Source of the DNA: an uncultured Ruficoccus sp.
GTDB taxonomy: Bacteria; Verrucomicrobiota; Verrucomicrobiia; Opitutales; Cerasicoccaceae
Direction of reading: 5' to 3'
Length of the DNA stretch: 64,000 nt
Assembly (NCBI GenBank): GCA_965140785.1
Contig: OZ223510.1
Location: 64,001-128,000 of the forward strand
Part shown: positions 1-8,895 of the stretch, one piece after another
Position numbering within the stretch: position 1 is the first letter of the stretch
How the letters are laid out: each line of letters opens with the position of its first letter
Made by a program: the position numbers and the translations under genes
Notes under the pieces: model-generated
Told to the model about the DNA's origin: nothing
The model's database searches: none
The model's input: the letters and a program-made list of their open reading frames with translations, nothing else

Positions 1-1
1 T

Positions 2-949
2 CGGCGGAACTTCCCGATGGACTCCCTGACGCTGCTTGCGTCCAAGCGTTCGACCGGCAAGACCATCACCTGGGAAGACAAGTCCTGGGTCGTCGAGGAA
101 GCCGAACCGACCGCTTTCGATAAGCTCGATATCGCTATTTTCAGCGCCGGGGCTTCTATTTCAAAGGAGCTCGGTCCCGAGGCCGTCAAGCGAGGCTGTG
201 TGGTGGTCGATAACAGCTCGGCCTTCCGCATGGACGCCGATGTGCCGCTGGTTGTGCCCGAGGTCAACGCCGAGGCCATGCGCAACCACAAGGGTATCAT
301 CGCCAACCCCAACTGCTCGACCGCCGTTGCGCTGATGGGGCTGTACCCGCTGCACGAAGCCTTTGGGCTGAAGCGTTTTTTCGCCGCTACCTACCAGGCC
401 GTCTCCGGCGCCGGGGCTTCGGCCATGACTGAACTGGTGGACCAAGTCCACGCCTGGACCAAGGGCGAACCGCTGAAGGTGGAGAAGTTCCCGTACCAGA
501 TCGCCTTTAACGTGCTCCCGCACGTGGACGTTTTCTACGAAGACGGCTACACGAAGGAAGAGCACAAGATGCTCAACGAGTGCCGCAAAATCATGAGCCT
601 GCCCGGCCTGCGTGCCTCCACCACCTGCGTGCGCGTGCCCGTGCTGCGGGCGCACAGCATCGCCATCAACGCCGAGTTCGAGCGTCCCGTGGACCTGGCC
701 AAGGCCCGTGAGGTTATTGGTGGTTTCGCTGGGGCCGAACTGCGTGACGATGTCGCCAACAAGGTTTACCCGATGCCCCTGGACTACTCCGGCAAGGAGA
801 AGTGCGGGGTGGGGCGCCTGCGCATCGACTCGGCCCTTGACAATGGCCTGTCCCTCTGGGTCGTGGGCGACCAGCTCTGGAAGGGCGCGGCGCTCAACGC
901 CGTTCAGATTGCCGAGGCGCTGCACGAACAGTCCGCGCTGGCCGGATAA
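2..949 (+). CDS. asd: Aspartate-semialdehyde dehydrogenase (5' end lies before the window)
   Basis: Motifs VVDNSSAFRMD, IIANPNCST (catalytic Cys), TYQAVSGAG, TCVRVPV.RAHS, DQLWKGAALNAVQIAE. The frame is open back to the window edge (RRNFP). Confidence 0.97.
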   Translation, partial: RRNFPMDSLTLLASKRSTGKTITWEDKSWVVEEAEPTAFDKLDIAIFSAGASISKELGPEAVKRGCVVVDNSSAFRMDADVPLVVPEVNAEAMRNHKGIIANPNCSTAVALMGLYPLHEAFGLKRFFAATYQAVSGAGASAMTELVDQVHAWTKGEPLKVEKFPYQIAFNVLPHVDVFYEDGYTKEEHKMLNECRKIMSLPGLRASTTCVRVPVLRAHSIAINAEFERPVDLAKAREVIGGFAGAELRDDVANKVYPMPLDYSGKEKCGVGRLRIDSALDNGLSLWVVGDQLWKGAALNAVQIAEALHEQSALAG

Positions 950-1278
950 GCCGCTATCGCCTTTCACCAGGATGCGCTCCGGTGGACATCGGGCGCGGAG
1001 CTGATCCAGCACGTTGTCGATACGGAGGAGAACCCGGGTTCCGGCGAAGCTTTTGTCGGCATTTCAGGTCTTCAGTCCCGAAGAAAAGCCGCAACGGGCA
1101 ATTCGGGGTCGTGCCGAGCGGATTGCTGGATGCGGACCCCGGCTTGAAGCCCCAGGCGAATATTTACTGGGCAGCGCATGCTCCCTGGTATGTGCCGCCG
1201 AATCAAATTGAGAGGCATGAAGGGTTATTGCCGGGTAAGTCGAGAGAAGGGACGGCGACCGAAGACGCGCAAAAATAA
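950..1278 (+). pseudogene. Degenerate GFA (glutathione-dependent formaldehyde-activating/CENP-V) family fragment
   Basis: One frame gives ALRWTSGAELIQH, another gives RRSFCRHFRSSVP...GLLDADPGLKPQANIYWAAHAPWY. The frame shifts near 1030-1040, CxxCG is eroded to CRHFR, and there is no N-terminus. Confidence 0.65.
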
Positions 1279-1398
1279 ACGTATCTACCAGAGCCATGCG
1301 CGCGTCTGCCACTTGCCCGGAACGGTAGCCACCACCCGTCCAATAAAAGGCTTGCCCCTGCCGCCGGGGTCGCCAAGATACCGTCCCTTTCCTGAAGG

Positions 1399-1475
1399 GG
1401 GCGCTTAGCTCAGTTGGCTAGAGCAACTGGTTTACACCCAGTAGGTCGCAGGTTCGAGCCCTGCAGCGCCCACCA
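1399..1475 (+). tRNA. tRNA-Val (anticodon TAC)
   Basis: Acceptor GGGCGCT/AGCGCCC, D-arm AGCTCAGTTGGCTAGAGC, anticodon arm ACTGG-TTTACAC-CCAGT, T-loop GGTTCGAGCC, encoded CCA. Confidence 0.98.
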
Positions 1476-1579
1476 CTGTAAAAGCCTGCGAAGGACCTTG
1501 AATAAAGGGCACGGGAGGCAGTTTCGGTGGTCGGCTCCCACTTTTCGTACCAGAGCGATGAGACACTGGCTGGAGCGGG

Positions 1580-2329
1580 TCACCGCTTTTGTCCATTTTT
1601 GACGCTTGCCTCTGAGCTTCCCAGCTCGGCCAGGATGGCTTCCTTGCATTTTATGAGCCGGGGGAGGTATTTATGGGCGGTCTTGGGGCCGATTTTCGGA
1701 GAGCTGAAGCCGATGGCTGCCTGGAAGTTGTCGTTGATGGAGAGCGCCAGGGTATTATCATGTTGGGCGTATCCGCGCTCGCGCACCTCCGCCAACTTGT
1801 CCAGCAGTTGGTCTATCGAGTCGAATTTCGGCATTGGGTGGCCGGCATAGAGTTGCCGGATCGCATCATCGCTCTCAAGTGCCAGCAGCGCCACGCCGAG
1901 GCCAGACACGGTGGCGGGCCAGATGTCGAAGCTCCCGATCGCCTGTTCCAGGGGTTGGTCCGGGTCTGCGTGGTAGAGGTAGGAGACAGAGCGGTTCCAT
2001 AGCACTCCCATGGCAGTGATCATGTTCAGATCTTTATGGAGCTCGGAGAGAGGCTTGATGGCCTTATAAAAACCGGAGGCATGCATCGTCTGCGTCGCCA
2101 GAACGGGTACGGCGGGGCCGGCGGCATACTTGCGCTTCTCGGTCCATCGCAGCATACCGGAGGCGGCCAGGGTGCGTAAAATCCGATGCACGCGGGTGGT
2201 TTCCAATCCCATTTCCTTGGCGACCTGCCCGACCCCAACTGGTGCCGAATGGCTGAGCACTTCCTGCAGGCAGCGTATGCCATCGATCAGGCTTTTGTTG
2301 GGTTGCTTGGGTAATGCTGGAATGGCCAT
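1580..2329 (-). CDS. IclR-family transcriptional regulator
   Basis: N-terminal HTH (VGVGQVAKEMGLETTRVHRILRTL) and IclR effector-domain motifs (ATVSGLGVALLA, LAEVRERGYA). Confidence 0.9.
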   Translation of the reverse strand: MAIPALPKQPNKSLIDGIRCLQEVLSHSAPVGVGQVAKEMGLETTRVHRILRTLAASGMLRWTEKRKYAAGPAVPVLATQTMHASGFYKAIKPLSELHKDLNMITAMGVLWNRSVSYLYHADPDQPLEQAIGSFDIWPATVSGLGVALLALESDDAIRQLYAGHPMPKFDSIDQLLDKLAEVRERGYAQHDNTLALSINDNFQAAIGFSSPKIGPKTAHKYLPRLIKCKEAILAELGSSEASVKNGQKR

Positions 2330-2392
2330 TTTAATTTTATTTATAGCAAACGTACGCGGTTGGCAAGTTCAAGCTTAGACACGTTTGCATAT

Positions 2393-4175
2393 TCAGTAAA
2401 CCTCTCGCTCAGTTTCTCCCAGACTGTTGTGTCTTATATCATGGGCTAGAGACGAAATGGCTGAATGGCTGTTCGGCGGGTATTCTCTGTCACGACCCAG
2501 TCCTCCAAGCGGTGGTGAGGGGGGGTAGGCGGTGCTGGACTCGAGAGTGTTGCCCTGGAGGGTGAGTCCGTCCACGCAGCGGGCATAGATGAGGCCCTTG
2601 TCGAAGACGATAAAGTGATTGTTGGTGATGGATATGCCTGAGTGATATTTATCCTCGCGGTAATGCTCGGGCGAGATCTCCGGGTCGATCGCGATGATGC
2701 CCCGGCCCCAGATACCATACCCGCAGTTGTCGAAGACATTATTCTCGATATGGACCTCACGCACCGCCCCCGATTCATACCAACTGTTGGCATCGCCGGA
2801 AATCTTGATCGCCGAGCCCCCGTGATGAAAGGTGTTGTCGGTGATGAGGACGTGTCCGCCGGAACTGATCAGGGGGCCTCTCGCCCGGTTTTTGCCGAAG
2901 CTGCAGTGGCTGATCTCCACGTCCGGGACCCAGTGGAGGGATTCCAGGCAGTCGCCGCAGGCAGTGCCCGCTGGCAGCGGGTCTTCCAGCTCGACCAGCC
3001 AGCGGTAGCGGTTAATCATCTCGACCCGGCGCACGCCAGTTTGCCCGAGCGGGAGCAGCGTATGGCGGTCGATGATGCGTATGAGAGTACCGGCATCCAC
3101 GGAGCAAATCCCCGCCTGCTCGTCGTGCGCGTTCACGATCTCGATCTGGCGCGGACTATGTATGCGCCGGATGGGGCTGTAGATGCCGTGAACATTGACC
3201 GGGTCATCCATCATGTTCTCGAACTGGCAATGGTGCAGGCGGATACTCCCGCGGCAGCAGGAGAAGTGGCTGGCGTCGGCGAAGGTCGAGACCATGCGCC
3301 GAGAGCCGGGGGGAGGCATAACTGTGCAATGCTCAAGGCTCAGGGTCTCCGAGCGTTGGGCGATGATGCCCATGGCTCCCGCGTGGTGGATGGTGATCGT
3401 TTGCAGCGTGATGTCCCGGCTCTCACTGATGCAGATGCCGAAGCTGTCCCGGTGGTCATGGGTGAGGACAAGGATATTGCCGGGACGGGGCAGGGGAGAG
3501 GGGTAATTGACGGCGAGCCGGATCAGCCGGTCTCCCGCCTCGCGGACATGATACGCCGGCACGCGGTAGTGGTCCCGTGCGAGGTAGGCGGGCTCTCGGC
3601 GCGTGCGATCGAACTCCAGCGCATGCAGGTACGTATCCCGCCGGAAATGCGCGCCACCGAAGCTGCCCTGAATATAGTCCGGACCATGAAACCAGATGCG
3701 CCCCGTTCTCAAAAAAGTAAGGGTGTTCCTCGTCCATATGCAGCGTGACGGACTGCGGCGTGGCTTCGAGCACCTCTCCCTGGCTGAAGGTGGGCCGCAC
3801 CGTGTCGATGGAAAAATCGCGCAGCCGAACCGCCTCGCAGCTCTCGATCAGGAACGGGCAAATCCGCCCGTGAAAGACGAAGCGCGACCCGCCGCCGTCG
3901 ATCTCCACCCCGCGCAACCCGATGAGCGGGAAGGCGATCCGTTTGAGCCCCTCGTGGTTGTTGGAGACGAAGCAGAAACGCTCCGTTGCTTCGTCCGCGT
4001 GGAAGTGGTACTCGCCCTGCGGGAAAAACAGCCGCTTGATCTTTCCCGCGTGCAGGGCCTTGAGAGCCCGGCGCAACGCCGGAGTCGCGTCCCCGGCCTC
4101 CGACGGAGCGTAATGCAGAAAGCTTTCCTCCTCAGGGCAGGCGGGCGGGAGCAGGGGATGAGGGAGGACGGGCAT
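2393..4175 (-). pseudogene. GH110-like right-handed beta-helix glycosidase, split by one frameshift
   Basis: ORF 3456-4175 (FPQGEYHF, DGGGSRFVFHG, DTVRPTFSQGEV) and ORF 2393-3712 (ADASHFSCCRG, DDPVNVHG, NRARGPL, SGDANSWYESGAV) join in frame if one C is removed from CCCC at 3701-3704. Confidence 0.8.
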
Positions 4176-4263
4176 GGGAATAATCAGGGACTTGGAAGTC
4201 GTCGTATAGCTGTGCCATGCGCCTTGCTCCCAATGTGATTTTAGGGTTGACGTAAGCTAAAAA

Positions 4264-4278
4264 TTGCTATTAATGCAA
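4264..4278. promoter_or_regulatory. Candidate operator TTGCTATTAATGCAA
   Basis: Imperfect 15 bp palindrome between divergent genes; matches sites at 5435 and 19931. Confidence 0.55.
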
Positions 4279-4310
4279 GATTATACTTCTCTAACCTCAT
4301 ATAATTCACC

Positions 4311-5171
4311 ATGAAATTAGCCCCGACCCTTACCCTCCTCATGCTGGCCTCCGCCCCCGCTTTCAGCTTCACGGCCAGTGTTGATTTTAATAATGTCAGT
4401 GCCGCGACCTTGAAGGGGCAAGGCTCGGGTATCGGATTTGAGCCGGGCAGTGACTGGTCGAGTGGTTCATCTGCCATTAAAGTGGCTGACGATGACTTGG
4501 CGGCACCGGCTTACACGAACTACGGTTTATCTCAAAGCACTGGGTCAGGGCTGGTACCGCGCCATGTTTATGCACAGGTGTCGACGACCCAGCCGTTTGA
4601 TGATGCATCGAGTCGGCAAAACGGGCGTAATCTCGAAAGTACCATTAGCTCCGGGACTGTATGGATATCCTTTCTGGCAGCGGCGCCGACTGGCACTGAT
4701 ACGTCTTGGGCGGGTGTGGGGCTGGACCCCAGTGCATCTTTCTCCGGATTTTCCAACAGCCCGCTGATTGGCGTCGATTCCACGGGTTCGCTTTTTTATA
4801 GCTCAGACGGCTTCAACCTCGACCCGGGCACTTTTATCTCGGGAGTGGCCTCGAGCGACGGCTCGGCTAATCTGGTCCTGGCCAGTTTCGATCTGGATGC
4901 AGGAACGCTGAGTGTCTGGGTCAACCCGGATGTCGATAACCGGGGCGTGGCCGACCTGACGTCCTCGGAGCTGGGCACCATTGCCTCCACCGGCATCAGC
5001 CGCATCGGCGTGGGCGGTGTCAATAGCGGCGAAATCGACGCTGTCTATCTGAGCAACGACGTGGATGCCTACCAGCAGGTAACCGGTTCGAGTATTCCCG
5101 AGCCCGCCACCTGGGCTGCTATGGCCGGTGTGCTCGCGCTGGCGATTGCCGCGATGCGCCGCCGTCGCTAG
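4311..5171 (+). CDS. PEP-CTERM surface protein
   Basis: Signal peptide, Ser/Gly/Thr/Asp-rich body, C-terminal IPEPATWAAMAGVLALAIAAMRRRR. Confidence 0.93.
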   Translation: MKLAPTLTLLMLASAPAFSFTASVDFNNVSAATLKGQGSGIGFEPGSDWSSGSSAIKVADDDLAAPAYTNYGLSQSTGSGLVPRHVYAQVSTTQPFDDASSRQNGRNLESTISSGTVWISFLAAAPTGTDTSWAGVGLDPSASFSGFSNSPLIGVDSTGSLFYSSDGFNLDPGTFISGVASSDGSANLVLASFDLDAGTLSVWVNPDVDNRGVADLTSSELGTIASTGISRIGVGGVNSGEIDAVYLSNDVDAYQQVTGSSIPEPATWAAMAGVLALAIAAMRRRR

Positions 5172-5323
5172 TGTCCCGTCCGGTAAGTTCTTAAGAAAAT
5201 TACAAAGGCCACAAAAAGGCACAAAAAACACAAACAGGATGTTTCCAATGTCGTACGCTTGTGAGCTGACTACTTTTGCGCCTTTTCGTGCCTAATTACT
5301 TATTTCAATTACTGGTCGGACAC
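5171..5323. repeat. Nested imperfect inverted-repeat element (MITE/REP-like)
   Basis: Outer arms GTGTCCCGTCCGGTAA / TTACTGGTCGGACAC. Inner arms GCCACAAAAAGGCACAAAA / TTTTGCGCCTTTTCGTGCC (16/19 match). Confidence 0.55.
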
Positions 5324-5366
5324 CCCATTAGAAAGTCGCCTTCGCCCTATTGGCGATAGGATTTCG

Positions 5367-5393
5367 ACCGCCCGGTTTCGGGCGGTTTTTTTT
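5367..5393 (+). terminator. Intrinsic terminator
   Basis: ACCGCCCG-GTTT-CGGGCGGT followed by a T run. Confidence 0.85.
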
Positions 5394-5434
5394 GGATGGT
5401 GACCCGGTTATTTTGAAAAATGACTTGCAAAACT

Positions 5435-5449
5435 TTGCTAAATTAGCAA
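5435..5449. promoter_or_regulatory. Candidate operator TTGCTAAATTAGCAA
   Basis: Perfect 7-1-7 palindrome in the AT-rich region upstream of the 5534 operon. Confidence 0.65.
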
Positions 5450-5533
5450 TAAATAGATTCATTGAAAGGGTAATTACCACCCCGGAGTGGCACTTAGGCG
5501 TGCCGTAGACTAATTTAAGCCCCCAAGTATCCC

Positions 5534-8500
5534 ATGTCTCTTTTGTTGCCGACTTTGCGTTTTGTTTCCCGCTTCAGGATTTGTCGCGTCCTGTTGGTTG
5601 GATGGGTCTTGGCGCCGGGTTGGGTCAGCGCATCCTCGCCCTGGCAGCCGACGGCTCGCCCCGCCGTTGAGACGCTGTCGATCGCCACGACGGAAGCGGG
5701 CGAAGCGTTCGCCGTGGAGCCGACGCCGGATGCCCCTTGGCCGACCCGCGAAGCGGTCGTCCTGCCCGAGGCGGAGAAGAAGGCCGCCCTTCCCGTCGAG
5801 GCTTCACTGCCAGCGGGCGTGCGCATGATGAGTGTCTGGGTGCGCGATAACGGCCAGTCGCGAGCCGCGTTCAATTTCCGCGAAGCGGACGGGCGTGCCT
5901 TCACCGTGCATGAGGAGAATCTCGAAGCGCAGCCGTATTTTCGCGCGAGTGACGGGGTGCAGAAGCTGGCCCTGCGCATAGGGCCGTGGACGCGCAAGAG
6001 CGTTTATCTTCAGCCGGAGCACGCAGGGCTGGTGCTGGAGAGTCTGGACCTTCGCCGCCTGCGCGGGTCCGAGGGGGACTTTCTAGTCGGCGACCTTGAA
6101 GCCGAACTGGAGGCCACTCCTCCGCATGCCGCCACCGAGGTGTGGAAGCTCAAGGACGTGCAACTGCCCCGCCCGAGTTCGCTCTACTACACGGCGGCGC
6201 GTTTTTTCGAATACGGCTACGACGTGGCCCCCTACCTGCGCCTGGGGGCGCTGTCAGTTTTTTTCGATACAGCGCGACTGGACCGGGTCGAGCTGCTCCT
6301 GCGCACCACGACCTGGAAGCCCCTCTGGAGCGAAGCCACCGCTTACCGGGCGGACGGTATCGTCCCGTTGCCGCGTTGTTCGGAGGGCGCGTATTACCTG
6401 GAGATTCGCGGGTTTGACAAAAGCGGAACGCTCCTTGGCCGCGAGGAAATGGTCCTCGAAGTCCTGCGCAATGACGCGGATCGCACCGACCCGCTCCCTG
6501 ATTCGGTCGAGACGCCGTACACGATCGAGGGACTGGCCTACGGCAAGGCCGTGTCCGACTGCACCGGGCCGGTTTCGCTGAGCGTTAAGCTTAATCCTAA
6601 AACTTTGTCAGTCTCGACACCGCTGGACTACAACTGGCGGCTGACGGACATCCTGGGGCGTGAATACGGCGTCGGGCAAGGCACACTGCCCGACGCCGCT
6701 GCGCCCCTCCGCCTCACTTTCCAGCCTCCGCGGGCGGGCCGCTACGACCTGGACCTGACGGTGCGGGATCGCTCAGGGCGGCTTGTGCAGGCCATCCAGG
6801 AGCGGGTCTTTGTCTCGGAGGGCAAGCCCGCCGAGTTGCCGAGCGCCCCCGACGAGGAACTGACGCAAGAGGCGGGACAGGTACTGTTCGTCGCTAATGC
6901 CCACCTGCATCAGGATAAGAACCAGATCGAGCGCCTCTCCATCGATTACCTTCCCAGGCTGCTGGAGTGGATGCACGACGAGGAGATGACGCCCGTCATT
7001 CAGGTCGGGTGGAACGAACTCGAACCGGCGCAGGGACTTTACCAGTGGAGTATCATCGATGAGGTGCTCGACCAGTACGCCTCCGCGGAGCAACCGCTGA
7101 TGCTGGGAATACGCCTGCACGGGGACAATATCCCGGACTGGCTCTGGTTCGAGGAGACGATGAGCCAGAACCAGAAGACCATCCGCCACGACTACCACTA
7201 CATCTCGCCCATGGGGCCACGCTTCCAGCGGGAGCACATCCAGCTCTGGAAGGATATCGCGGAGCGCTACCGGCACGATCCCCGCGTGGCGGGCTACTTT
7301 GTCACGGCGGGGGCCTCGGAAGGTTTTCTCACTGACACCGGAAACCTGATCAGCGAGTACGCGCCGTTCGCCAGGCGGGATTTCCGGGATTGGCTGAAGG
7401 CGCGCTACGGCAATCTTGAGGCGCTCAACGCGTCATGGAAAAACAACTACACCAGTTGGGACGCGGTGCAGCCGCCGCTGCCGGACTTTACGCTGGAGTG
7501 GGAGTCGTCTCCGGCCTGGTGGGACTTTCACCAGTTCAAGCGCGACTTCGTCAAGCGCCACCTCGACACGCTGCAAGGAACCCTCCGCGAGGAGGACCCC
7601 GTGCGGCCCATGCTGATGTACGCCTACGCCGGGTTCGGTGACAACGGCGCACTCGCCCCGGTCTTTATCAAGAACCGCTTCCGCTTCAACCTGGGATCGG
7701 GGGAGTACCCCGACGGCTACCGCGCCAGCGCCGTCATGCGCAGCAACGGCGTGCAGACCACGGTCGAGTCTCACTATGTGCCGCCGAACGTCGGGGCGCT
7801 GGCCATGCTCTTCACCAACGGCATCATCCAGGGCGGATTTCAGGGGCAGATCCTCCAATACGGTATGGTCTGGACCAAGATCGAGCTGGAGGGGACCGAC
7901 GAGCAGGCCGGACGCGCGCAGATCATTGAGGGCGTGCGGGCCGTGGCCGATGAGCTTTCGCAGGCCGAGCCCGCCGTGCCGTGGGCGGGCTACTACTCGG
8001 GCGCCAGCAGCATGCTGCGCACCCGCTCGTTTCGCAACAACGGCTTCCGCCCCAGTCAGGAGCTTTACCGTGCCGCCAACGAGGGCATGCACCTGCCCGG
8101 CAGTTGGGTGGACGACACCAGCTCCTCTGAGGCGCTGGCGAAGTACCCGCTGCTGGTCGATGCGCACTCCGATGTGTTGACCCCGGAGGCGGTGGAGGAA
8201 CTGCTGGCCTACGTTGACACAGGCGGCACGCTCATCTGTGCCGCCGACACCGCCCGCTGGCAGCCGGGCTCGCCCGAACCGGTGGACAGCCTGCTCCATG
8301 CGCTGGGGGCGGACCGCGTGCAGCCGCTGGAGGGGCAGGGTGGAGGCGTCGGTCCCGAGGGCTATCCGGTTATTTTGAAAAAGCGCTATGCGCTTGATTG
8401 GAAACCTGGCGTGGGGGCGAGGGTGCTCTCCGCATCTGCCACCGGCCAGCCCGTCGTATGGGAGGTGCCTTATGGCCAGGGCCGGGTCGTGGTGGCAGCG

Positions 8501-8860
8501 GGACCGGTGGACTTTGATCGTTCGGCCCGCTGGCTGCAAGGGCAGCTGGAGCGCCGGGTCGGGCAAGCGCCGTTTCGCATCGAGGCGGCGGATACCGTGG
8601 CCGGGGTGCTGGAGTCGCCGCAAGCCTGGTGGATCGTGGCCACGCCGCAGATGCCGGACCGCAAGCTGAACCACACCCTGGGCGAAATGCAGCGCGCGCC
8701 GAGGGTTATGATGACCGCCACCGGCGAGTTCCCCGCCGGTGTGGAGTCGGTGAGCGATGTTATCTCCGGCCAGAGTTATACGGTCGAGGAGGGTTCCTTC
8801 CAGGCTGAGCTGATGCCCGGCTTTTTGCATCTTTTCCGCATCGCCAAACCCGCTCCCTGA
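5534..8860 (+). CDS. Large secreted GH42-like glycoside hydrolase (beta-galactosidase-like, clan GH-A)
   Basis: WNELEPAQGLYQWSIIDEVL, FRDWLKARYGNLEALNASW, WWDFHQF and a trimerisation-like segment (LLAYVDTGGTLI), preceded by ~440 aa of extra N-terminal domains. Confidence 0.72.
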   Translation: MSLLLPTLRFVSRFRICRVLLVGWVLAPGWVSASSPWQPTARPAVETLSIATTEAGEAFAVEPTPDAPWPTREAVVLPEAEKKAALPVEASLPAGVRMMSVWVRDNGQSRAAFNFREADGRAFTVHEENLEAQPYFRASDGVQKLALRIGPWTRKSVYLQPEHAGLVLESLDLRRLRGSEGDFLVGDLEAELEATPPHAATEVWKLKDVQLPRPSSLYYTAARFFEYGYDVAPYLRLGALSVFFDTARLDRVELLLRTTTWKPLWSEATAYRADGIVPLPRCSEGAYYLEIRGFDKSGTLLGREEMVLEVLRNDADRTDPLPDSVETPYTIEGLAYGKAVSDCTGPVSLSVKLNPKTLSVSTPLDYNWRLTDILGREYGVGQGTLPDAAAPLRLTFQPPRAGRYDLDLTVRDRSGRLVQAIQERVFVSEGKPAELPSAPDEELTQEAGQVLFVANAHLHQDKNQIERLSIDYLPRLLEWMHDEEMTPVIQVGWNELEPAQGLYQWSIIDEVLDQYASAEQPLMLGIRLHGDNIPDWLWFEETMSQNQKTIRHDYHYISPMGPRFQREHIQLWKDIAERYRHDPRVAGYFVTAGASEGFLTDTGNLISEYAPFARRDFRDWLKARYGNLEALNASWKNNYTSWDAVQPPLPDFTLEWESSPAWWDFHQFKRDFVKRHLDTLQGTLREEDPVRPMLMYAYAGFGDNGALAPVFIKNRFRFNLGSGEYPDGYRASAVMRSNGVQTTVESHYVPPNVGALAMLFTNGIIQGGFQGQILQYGMVWTKIELEGTDEQAGRAQIIEGVRAVADELSQAEPAVPWAGYYSGASSMLRTRSFRNNGFRPSQELYRAANEGMHLPGSWVDDTSSSEALAKYPLLVDAHSDVLTPEAVEELLAYVDTGGTLICAADTARWQPGSPEPVDSLLHALGADRVQPLEGQGGGVGPEGYPVILKKRYALDWKPGVGARVLSASATGQPVVWEVPYGQGRVVVAAGPVDFDRSARWLQGQLERRVGQAPFRIEAADTVAGVLESPQAWWIVATPQMPDRKLNHTLGEMQRAPRVMMTATGEFPAGVESVSDVISGQSYTVEEGSFQAELMPGFLHLFRIAKPAP

Positions 8861-8895
8861 TGGGCGTTTTGTAGTAATTTTCGAATACAGCTAAT

